This document shows, piece after piece, positions 57,194 through 64,000 of a DNA stretch of 64,000 bases. Under the pieces are notes generated by a model. The model did not search any database and was not told the origin of the DNA. It saw only the letters and a list, made by a program, of their open reading frames with translations. The translations under genes and the position numbers were made by a program. Numbering within the stretch: the first letter of the stretch is position 1; each line of letters opens with the position of its first letter. The stretch covers positions 6,052 through 70,051 of the forward strand of contig DASPPQ010000070.1 of the NCBI GenBank assembly GCA_035625415.1, written 5' to 3'. This DNA is from Thermodesulfobacteriota bacterium (GTDB lineage: Bacteria > Desulfobacterota > BSN033 > UBA1163).

Positions 57194-59296
57194 ATGGAAG
57201 AAAAGAAGTTCGAAGGCAAGTCGAAGATCATCGTCAACATTGAAAACATCCACTGTGGTGATTGCGCGCTGAATATCGAACGCTCGGTGGAACATGTCCC
57301 CGGAGTCCTCTCTGCAGAGGTCAGTTATGTCCTCTCCTCAGCGACCATTTACTACGACCCCCACCGGGTGGAAGAAGAGCGGATCAAGAAAGCAATTACC
57401 AAACCCGGTTATGCCGTTAGGGAGACCTTCGCAGAACGAACCCGGACTTTCTGGAAGGAGTGGAGATCCTCCATTTTCCTGGGTCTCTCAGGAGTTACGC
57501 TTGGCCTTTCCTGGATTTTCACTTGGATCGGTTTTGCTCCCCTCCACCTCCCGACTGCCCTTGCCATCGCTTCCTTGATTCTTGGCGGCTACCCGATTGT
57601 GAAGAGTGCCGTTCGGACGCTCCTCATCCCCGACTTAAATGTGGATACCCTGGTCTCTATTGCCGCTATTTCAGCCACTGCCGTGGGGGCCTATCGGGAG
57701 GCAGCAACGGTTATTCTCATTATGCTTCTGGGGGAATTCTTGGAAGGCGTGACGGTGGGGAAAACTCGGAAGGCCATCGCCTCCTTGGTTCAACTCTCTC
57801 CGAAAACAGCTTGGGTGAGAAGAGAGAATAACGAAGTTCAGGTTCCCATTGAGGACGTGAAGCCCAAAGAGGTTGTGATTGTCAGGCCCGGCGAAAGAAT
57901 TCCTGTGGATGGAAAAATTATCTCCGGGTGCGGCTCGATCAATCAGTCCACTTTGACCGGGGAGTCGATTCCAGTTGAAAAAGAGGTTGGAGACAAGGTC
58001 TATTGTGGAACTTTCAATGAGTCTGGCTCTTGCGAAGTTGAAGCCACACAGGTGGCTGAGGACACGAAGCTGGCCCAGATCAAACGTCTGATCTTAGAGG
58101 CCCAAGCCGAGAAATCACCCACCCAGAGGGTGATGGACCGTTTTTCACGCTACTTTATTCCGGCCATTATCCTCATTGCCCTTGCTACCTTCCTTGTCAC
58201 AGGGGAGATCATTCGAGCGATCACCATCCTCATCGTGGCCTGTCCATGCGCACTCGTTCTGGGCACACCGACAGCCGTGGTGGCGGCCATTGGAAATGCA
58301 GCCCGGCAGGGGATCCTGATCAAGGGCGGTGCTTATCTGGAACAGATGGGAAGATTGAAGACCCTCTTGATGGATAAGACCGGAACCTTGACCCATGGTA
58401 GGCCAAAAGTCGTTGAGATAAGGGGTTTGGACGGAATGGATGAGAAAGAAGTCCTTTATTGGGCGGCGATTGCGGAGAAACGTTCTGAACACCCGTTGGC
58501 GAGAGCCATCACCGAAAAAACGGAAGAATTGGGCATGAACGTCCCTCATCCCCAGTCCTTTGAGAATTTTAGAGGGAAGGGCGTGAAGGTCCAGTGGAAC
58601 TCCAAGTCGATTCTCGTTGGAAGTTCCGAAATGATGAAAAGCGAAGGGGTTGAAATTCCGGAATCGGCAAAGGCTTTGTTTGAATCAAAGCAATCGGAAG
58701 GGATGACCTCCCTCCTCATCACGGTGGACCGTCGTCCTGCGGGAATCATCTCTATCGCTGATACCCTACGGGAAGGAGCCAAGGAGGCGATCGATCAGAT
58801 CAGGGAGCAAGGGGTATCCGAAATTTGGATGCTGACGGGCGACAGTGCCCTGGTCGCCGACCGTATCGGAAGAGAGTTGGGCATCAGGTATGAGGCCAAA
58901 CTTCTCCCCGAAGACAAAGTGATGAGCGTCAAGGAGTGGAAGAGAAAAGGTCGGGTCGTGGCAATGATTGGCGATGGGGTGAATGATGCCCCAGCCCTTG
59001 CCGCTGCCGACATCGGTATCGCCATGGGAGCGGTAGGAACGGATGTGGCCATCGAAACTGCAGACATTGCCCTGATGACCGACGAGCTCGAGAAGATTCC
59101 CACGGTTGTCCGGCTTTCTCGAAAGGCCCTCCGGGTGATTAAGGAAAATATCATCTTTGCCCTTGCTTTCAATACCGTCCTCATTATTCTATCCGCCCAG
59201 GGATGGGTGACCATGATCCTGGGCGCCGTCCTGCACCAGGCCAGCTCCCTTCTTGTGATCCTCAGCTCCATGCGCCTGCTGAGAAGAGGTAGATAG
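57194..59296 (+). CDS. heavy-metal translocating P1B-type ATPase
   Basis: N-terminal HMA CGDC, TGES, CPC (VACPCALVLGTP), DKTGTLT, GDGVNDAP. C-terminal HQASSLLVILSS resembles Zn/Cd/Co-type more than Cu-type, but the metal is not assignable. Confidence 0.9.
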   Translation: MEEKKFEGKSKIIVNIENIHCGDCALNIERSVEHVPGVLSAEVSYVLSSATIYYDPHRVEEERIKKAITKPGYAVRETFAERTRTFWKEWRSSIFLGLSGVTLGLSWIFTWIGFAPLHLPTALAIASLILGGYPIVKSAVRTLLIPDLNVDTLVSIAAISATAVGAYREAATVILIMLLGEFLEGVTVGKTRKAIASLVQLSPKTAWVRRENNEVQVPIEDVKPKEVVIVRPGERIPVDGKIISGCGSINQSTLTGESIPVEKEVGDKVYCGTFNESGSCEVEATQVAEDTKLAQIKRLILEAQAEKSPTQRVMDRFSRYFIPAIILIALATFLVTGEIIRAITILIVACPCALVLGTPTAVVAAIGNAARQGILIKGGAYLEQMGRLKTLLMDKTGTLTHGRPKVVEIRGLDGMDEKEVLYWAAIAEKRSEHPLARAITEKTEELGMNVPHPQSFENFRGKGVKVQWNSKSILVGSSEMMKSEGVEIPESAKALFESKQSEGMTSLLITVDRRPAGIISIADTLREGAKEAIDQIREQGVSEIWMLTGDSALVADRIGRELGIRYEAKLLPEDKVMSVKEWKRKGRVVAMIGDGVNDAPALAAADIGIAMGAVGTDVAIETADIALMTDELEKIPTVVRLSRKALRVIKENIIFALAFNTVLIILSAQGWVTMILGAVLHQASSLLVILSSMRLLRRGR

Positions 59297-59472
59297 GGAG
59301 ACACGGAGATGGGGGAACACGGAGAATTTTACATTCACACGAACAACCTATCACTCATCACCGATCTAAGAATCACTTTTATCTTGACCCTAAGAAAACG
59401 ATCCCGTAAAATGGCAAATGTTTCAAAAATATAGACAGGTTAGAAAAAGGCCATTGATAGAAAGGAGCCATC

Positions 59473-59919
59473 ATGGACAGGAAAAAATTTGAGGAGATCA
59501 TCCAATTTGCCGTCCAAAGAGAGATCGAATCGGTGAATTTTTATGACAGCGCAAGCAAACTGGTCAAATACTCTGGGACCAAGGATCTCTTTCTGGACTT
59601 TATGAAACAGGAAGAGGGACACAAGAGAAAGCTCGAAGAGTTGCGGGCGGGAAAAATTGCGGTGGGAAAGATCGAGAAAATTCCGAACCTGAAGATCAGT
59701 GACTATATGGTTGAAACGGAATTAAAGCCCGATATTTCCTACGGAGACATTCTCCGAATTGCTATGAAGAGAGAAGAACGTTCGGTAAAGCTTTATACGG
59801 ATTTGAATGAAAATAACCAAGATGAGAATCTTAAGAGTCTCTTCACCTTTCTGATTCAGGAGGAGAGCAAGCACAAATACCACATTGAAAGACTGTACGA
59901 TGATGAAGTATTAAAATAA
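59473..59919 (+). CDS. ferritin-like diiron protein (rubrerythrin family, no rubredoxin domain)
   Basis: QREIESVNFY...QEEGH and KREERSVKLY...QEESKH half-sites. 148 aa. Confidence 0.75.
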   Translation: MDRKKFEEIIQFAVQREIESVNFYDSASKLVKYSGTKDLFLDFMKQEEGHKRKLEELRAGKIAVGKIEKIPNLKISDYMVETELKPDISYGDILRIAMKREERSVKLYTDLNENNQDENLKSLFTFLIQEESKHKYHIERLYDDEVLK

Positions 59920-59924
59920 GCACC

Positions 59925-60040
59925 AAATCCCATGCGCCAAATAACAAATAAATTCCAATGATCCTTAATTCAAATTCAAAACAAAGATAGGTTTGGTCAT
60001 TTGAAATTGGAATTTGGAGCTTATTTGAGATTTGCCTGCC
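59925..60040. repeat. CCAAAT/ATTTGG-rich imperfect inverted repeat (same family as 14798-14926)
   Basis: ..caaataaattccaatg...cattt gaaattggaatttggagcttatttg.. Confidence 0.5.
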
Positions 60041-60133
60041 TGGCCGGTAGGCCGGGAATTTGTGATATGAGATTTTGAAGGCTATGCGCTATGCTCTCTG
60101 CGCTATGCGGTCTTTTAGAAGAGGAGACCAAAA

Positions 60134-60292
60134 ATGCCAAAGTGGAAATGCAAAGTCTGTGGTTACATCTATGATCCAGAAAAAGGCGACCCTGATGGCA
60201 ATATCCCTCCCGGCACACCTTTTGATAAACTGCCTGATGACTGGGTTTGCCCTGTGTGCGGCGCTCCTAAAGATATGTTTGAAAAGGATTAG
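60134..60292 (+). CDS. rubredoxin (52 aa, not in ORF track)
   Basis: [52 protein letters not shown]. Canonical CxxCG...CPxCG. GAGGAG RBS upstream. Confidence 0.9.
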   Translation: MPKWKCKVCGYIYDPEKGDPDGNIPPGTPFDKLPDDWVCPVCGAPKDMFEKD

Positions 60293-60422
60293 GATCGCCA
60301 TCCTGACGTGAAACCGGGTCCGAAGGCCCCATATCCGTGGGATATCCAGGCGCATTTCACACAGAATCTATCCTTACCCTCTTTAGAGAAACGCGTGATC
60401 ATTCTATAAGCAGGGGTGTGAC

Positions 60423-60975
60423 ATGACCGGGACATCTCGCTCTTCCAAACACTTCTTCATATTTTCTATTCTTTCAGCCCTCTTTACCCTATCGATGTTT
60501 TACCGTGTTTCAAGTGCCGTGATCGCTCCCGATCTCATGCGTGATCTGGGGCTTAATGCTGAAAATCTTGGTATGCTTGGCGGAGCGTTCTTCTATTCCT
60601 TTGCCCTCCTTCAGATCCCCATGGGGCCGATGCTTGATCGAATCGGCCCACGCATCGTGATCGCCTCTTTTTCGATGATCGGAGCATTGGGAGCATTGGT
60701 GTCTGCCTGTGATTTACGCCCATGCGAAAGAGCTCTTTCCCGTCGCCATTTCGGACACCGTGATGGCGGCTGTCAATTTCTTTACAATGGCCGGCCAAGC
60801 CTTTTTGATGCCAGCCATAGGGAAAATCATTGAATCCTTCCAACACGAAGGCCGCTCTTACCCAGCGGAAGCCTACCACCTCTCTTTCCTTGTCTTTTTT
60901 TTAGGGATGGCCATCAGCCTGGTCTTTTACGCCTTCTCCAAAAAAGAAAGACGCGGAGACCCGGCGACACGGTGA
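60423..60975 (+). pseudogene. MFS transporter remnant with large internal deletion and frameshift
   Basis: The frame-0 ORF carries TM1-3 with the MFS loop motif GPMLDRIGPR, then turns to nonsense after ..GALGALVSA. The +1 frame from about 60709 reads IYAHAKELFPVAISDTVMAAVNFFTMAGQAFLMPAIGK.., typical of TM11-12. About 200 codons of a normal MFS are missing. Confidence 0.65.
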
Positions 60976-61007
60976 TAGGGAGATAAAAACAATTTCACCT
61001 TATCTCC

Positions 61008-61718
61008 TCATCGGTTTTCAACGGGAAAAGTTAACTGCCCTCCGTAGTAACCCAGAAGGGAAACGATGGGGGTGAGAAGGATCATCATGACAACGTAGAG
61101 GGGATGGGAAATTTGCGGTTGAGAAATTCGCCAGAGGATAAGAATCACTTCTAAGATAAGAAGAAGGATAGAAAGCTGGATCTTTCTTTTCACAAAATAG
61201 TTGAGCTTCAATCGGTAATTGACCCACCAGGTGAGGAGTCCGGTACCCATGGCAAAGGGAGTTGAGACCGCTCCCAAAACAAGAAGGTAGAAACTGGCGA
61301 CCTCGAAAGACCCTTTTTGAAAGAAGAGCGTGAAAAGGATAAAAAGAGAGGCCACCATGAAGAGGGCGATAGGAAAGTGGACAACCATCGGGTGCGGGTG
61401 GCGTCTGGCCATTGGAAATTTCTGAAGGAAGTTCTGGATGAGAGGAGGGAGGTGTTTCAATTCCTCAGGCAGTCCCTTCTTGACCGCTCCTATTCTGGGG
61501 TAACGCTCTAATACCTCTGTCCCATGGGGAGCTGCTGAGATCTCTGCGGTGAGGTCCTTTCCTGGAAGATGCCGATTCATGTGAAGGCCTTTGGCCCAGA
61601 GAGGGCTTTTTGTCACGTCATAAACCTTCCCTTGAAAGGCGATATAGACCGGTTTACCGTCCTTTCCGTTAAAAGATAATAATTCTTCAGCGGTGAGCTC
61701 CTTCATTCTACCTGCCAC
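61008..61718 (-). CDS. cytochrome-b5-like haem/steroid-binding domain fused to a 4-helix membrane domain (DUF2231-like)
   Basis: N-terminal LTAEELLSFNGKDGKPVYIAFQGKVYDVTKSPLW..PGKDLT..APHG, then 4 hydrophobic helices with His residues (HPHPMVVHFPIALF). Confidence 0.7.
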   Translation of the reverse strand: MAGRMKELTAEELLSFNGKDGKPVYIAFQGKVYDVTKSPLWAKGLHMNRHLPGKDLTAEISAAPHGTEVLERYPRIGAVKKGLPEELKHLPPLIQNFLQKFPMARRHPHPMVVHFPIALFMVASLFILFTLFFQKGSFEVASFYLLVLGAVSTPFAMGTGLLTWWVNYRLKLNYFVKRKIQLSILLLILEVILILWRISQPQISHPLYVVMMILLTPIVSLLGYYGGQLTFPVENR

Positions 61719-61919
61719 AATTTCCGGTCAAGGAATTGCCACTCCTTGAATTCCCTAATCCCTCAATCCCTATTCCTCGAATCAATTTCTGCTTCATCCG
61801 TCTAAAATCAAAAAAAATTATACTTTATCCTTTCTGACGAATACAAGCTTTTTCATCCTGAAAATCCTTTTCTTGAATTATTGGCAGTACGATGATACTC
61901 TTTTTATCAGGAGGGTCTC

Positions 61920-62081
61920 ATGATTCCAAAGATTTTACTGGGTATTGTAGTAGGGGGCTCCGTCGGGTTTGGCGTAAGTTATCTTTTTCGTACCCTCGGA
62001 AGCTCCTGAGCCCTTACCTGTAATCCCTACGTCTCCATTCCTATGGGCGCGGTGGTAGGGTTACTCATGGCCTTAGGTTAA
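61920..62081 (+). CDS. small two-helix membrane protein interrupted by an in-frame TGA (codon 30): candidate selenoprotein or pseudogene
   Basis: AGGAGG RBS, then MIPKILLGIVVGGSVGFGVSYLFRTLGSS-TGA-ALTCNPYVSIPMGAVVGLLMALG-TAA. The frame stays open and hydrophobic past the TGA. Confidence 0.35.
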
Positions 62082-62104
62082 GGCCGAATAATTAACATAA
62101 GTTT

Positions 62105-62250
62105 GAGGATACAAGGGGCCAAGGGTTCTAGGGGTCCAGCGCTCGAGAACGGATTTTAGGAAGTAGAACGTGGTCGAGCCTACATTCCACCTTCCGCTTT
62201 CCACATTCGAATCCTGAACCCTTGAATCCTCGAATCCTTGAACCCTTTTG
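62105..62250. repeat. 'caagggg / gaatccttgaaccc' family inverted repeat
   Basis: The left arm ggatacaaggggccaagggttctaggggtccagcg pairs imperfectly with the right arm cgaatcctgaacccttgaatcctcgaatccttgaaccc. Relatives at 23685-23749, about 41478-41565 and about 61725-61785. Confidence 0.6.
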
Positions 62251-62261
62251 AAGGAGATTCT

Positions 62262-63266
62262 ATGCCCCAACTGAGACAGGACCCTACGACGAAGGCATGG
62301 GTCATCATCGCATCAGAGCGTTCAAAAAGACCACGGGAGCTTAAGAGAATTGAACCCCCAATCGAGAAACCTTCTTATAAAGAGGACTGTCCGTTCTGCC
62401 CGGGCAATGAATACCTGACTCCACATGAAACCCTCGCCTATCGAAGCAGTGGCCCGGCAGATAGCAAAGGATGGTGGGTTAGGGTGATCCCCAATAAATT
62501 TCCAGCCCTTTCTCCAGAAGGAAGTTTGGAAAGGAAAGAAGAGAAAGGTTTTTTCCGGATGATGGATGGGGTAGGAATCCATGAGGTGGTGATTGGAAGC
62601 CCCATTCATAATCAACTTTTCCCTCTGATGGATGATAAGCAGGTGGAAGAGGTCCTTCTCGCTTATCGTGAGAGATATCTCGCCATCCGGGACGATCCGA
62701 GGATCAAATTGATCATCATCTTTAAGAATCATGGCCAGGCGGCTGGAACGTCGTTGGAGCATACTCATTCTCAAATCGCAGGAACTGCTGTCGTTCCATC
62801 CAATATCCGGAGGAAATTAGAAGAGGCGGCCCGTTACTATGACGACCACGGATGCTGCGTCTACTGCGATTTGGTCGAGGAAGAACTGAGTGCCGGGAAA
62901 AGGATCGTCATGGATACGGAGAAGTTTGTCGTCTTTCAGCCCTTTGCATCCCGGTTTCCTTTTGAGACCTGGATCATTCCCAAAGACCATCAGGCTTCTT
63001 TCGGCTTAATCTCTATGGCCGATTCTAAAACCTTTGCAAAGGTTCTAAAGACAACCTTGCTGAAACTCTATTCCAAACTGAACGATCCCCCCTATAACTA
63101 CGTTATTCATACTGCTCCCATCAAAGATGAATGGGAAGATTACTATCATTGGCATCTCCAGGTTATTCCGAGGCTGACTACCGCTGCCGGGTTTGAAATG
63201 GGATCCGGCATCTTTATCAACGTTGCCTTTCCCGAGGAAACGGCTCAATTCTTAAGGCAGGAGTGA
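62262..63266 (+). CDS. galT: galactose-1-phosphate uridylyltransferase (HIT superfamily, GalT type 1)
   Basis: CPFCPGNE zinc site, FKNHG..AGTSLEHTHSQI (HxHxQ). The ATG at 62262 follows GAAGGAG. Confidence 0.85.
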   Translation: MPQLRQDPTTKAWVIIASERSKRPRELKRIEPPIEKPSYKEDCPFCPGNEYLTPHETLAYRSSGPADSKGWWVRVIPNKFPALSPEGSLERKEEKGFFRMMDGVGIHEVVIGSPIHNQLFPLMDDKQVEEVLLAYRERYLAIRDDPRIKLIIIFKNHGQAAGTSLEHTHSQIAGTAVVPSNIRRKLEEAARYYDDHGCCVYCDLVEEELSAGKRIVMDTEKFVVFQPFASRFPFETWIIPKDHQASFGLISMADSKTFAKVLKTTLLKLYSKLNDPPYNYVIHTAPIKDEWEDYYHWHLQVIPRLTTAAGFEMGSGIFINVAFPEETAQFLRQE

Positions 63267-63376
63267 CTTATTCCGCCGACAGCTGGCATTCAAGAACGGA
63301 AGGATTCAGGAACACCGGCGGAAGGCGATGGAGAGAAGGCTGACATGAAGCAGGGATCCTTCTAAAGGAGCCGAGG

Positions 63377-64000
63377 ATGGATGCTGTTATTCTTTCCCGG
63401 ATTCAGTTCGCCGTGACCACCATGTTCCACATCCTGTTTCCGGTGTTGACGATTGGCCTCGCCTTCTACCTGGTGGTCGTGGAGCTCCTTTGGCTAATGA
63501 CGAAACAGGAGATCTATTACCGCATGTATCGTTTCTGGGTGAAGATCTTCGCCATCAATTTCGGAGTGGGAGTGGTCTCCGGGGTTGTGTTGGAGTTTGA
63601 GTTCGGCACGAACTTCGCCAATTTTTCCCAGGCGGTAAGCAATGTCTTCTCGCCCCTCCTGGCTTTCGAGGTAATGACCGCTTTCTTTCTTGAGGCCGGT
63701 TTCCTGGGCCTCATGCTTTTCGGATGGGAAAGGGTGAATCGCGGCCTCCATTTTATGGCTACGTGCCTGGTGGCTTCGGGAGCCATCATTTCTGCCTTCT
63801 GGATTTTGGCTGCAAACTCATGGATGCAAACCCCTGCAGGCTACAGACTTGTCGACGGAAAGTTTATGGTTACTGATTTTTCGGCCGCCATCTTCAACTC
63901 CTCGCTTGCCGCCCGGACGAGCCATATGACGATGGCTTCCTTTGAGACATCCGCCTTCGTTGTGGCCGGGATCAGCGCCTACTATCTTCTGAAGAAGAAA
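63377..64000 (+). CDS. cydA: cytochrome bd-type quinol oxidase subunit I (5' partial, runs off window)
   Basis: MDAVILSRIQFAVTTMFHILFPVLTIGLA...GVVLEFEFGTNF...EVMTAFFLEAGFLG..FGWERV, canonical CydA helices 1-4. No stop before 64000. Confidence 0.9.
   Translation, partial: MDAVILSRIQFAVTTMFHILFPVLTIGLAFYLVVVELLWLMTKQEIYYRMYRFWVKIFAINFGVGVVSGVVLEFEFGTNFANFSQAVSNVFSPLLAFEVMTAFFLEAGFLGLMLFGWERVNRGLHFMATCLVASGAIISAFWILAANSWMQTPAGYRLVDGKFMVTDFSAAIFNSSLAARTSHMTMASFETSAFVVAGISAYYLLKKK

Noticed and set aside
60075-60355. ORF-track ORFs 60075-60311 (+) and 60089-60355 (-).
   Set aside because: Both overlap the 52-aa rubredoxin frame (60134-60292), which has a canonical sequence and an RBS. The listed ORFs have no recognisable features.

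Overview
This 64-kb window is chromosomal DNA from a bacterium with moderate G+C (my spot counts of 60-nt lines give about 42-50%). The gene content includes Rex, multihaem cytochromes, a 2-oxoacid:ferredoxin oxidoreductase, rubredoxin and rubrerythrin-like proteins, and cytochrome bd. From this I infer an anaerobic or microaerophilic, probably uncultured-type lineage. Layout: (1) 0.9-16.3 kb, minus strand, holds two tandem HAAT/Liv-type ABC uptake operons. The first is embedded in a TetR-controlled beta-oxidation-like operon (acyl-CoA dehydrogenase, thiolase, acyl-CoA synthetase, alpha/beta hydrolase). (2) 16.6-19.3 kb holds an M20 peptidase and a class-III aminotransferase. (3) 19.7-25.7 kb holds rex with a perfect Rex operator, then a NapC/NirT-anchored 16-haem cytochrome and a 9-haem c / membrane b-type fusion resembling Geobacter CbcL. 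(4) 25.9-31 kb holds prmA, an FmdB zinc-ribbon protein, vapBC, a frameshifted DNA methyltransferase remnant and an ABC-F ATPase. (5) 30.8-32 kb is a GC-rich enoyl-CoA hydratase islet next to a nitroreductase gene fragment. (6) 32-46 kb is housekeeping and miscellaneous: groESL, an MBL hydrolase, 4-OT, a nitroreductase-ferredoxin fusion, a DMT transporter, a LigD phosphoesterase, transaldolase/pgl and a radical SAM protein. (7) 46.7-52 kb holds an orphan sigma54 activator, then a good -24/-12 promoter driving an unlisted 47-aa zinc-ribbon ORF, a stand-alone receiver, and DUF2156-like and AhpD-like genes. (8) 52.1-60.3 kb holds a translationally coupled Isf and four-subunit 2-oxoacid:ferredoxin oxidoreductase operon whose beta subunit carries a C-terminal cytochrome-b5-like domain, followed by an oxidative-stress/metal cluster (PfpI, two diiron ferritin-like proteins, a P1B ATPase and an unlisted rubredoxin). 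(9) 60.4-64 kb holds an MFS pseudogene, a b5-like/membrane fusion, a small two-helix ORF interrupted by an in-frame TGA (selenoprotein candidate), galT and the start of cydA. Intergenic DNA contains at least four families of palindromic or MITE-like repeats. I saw no rRNA, tRNA or CRISPR array. I found no clearly novel defence-type system. The most unusual items are the cytochrome pair with Rex, the KorB-b5 fusion, the TGA-interrupted ORF and the sigma54 module.
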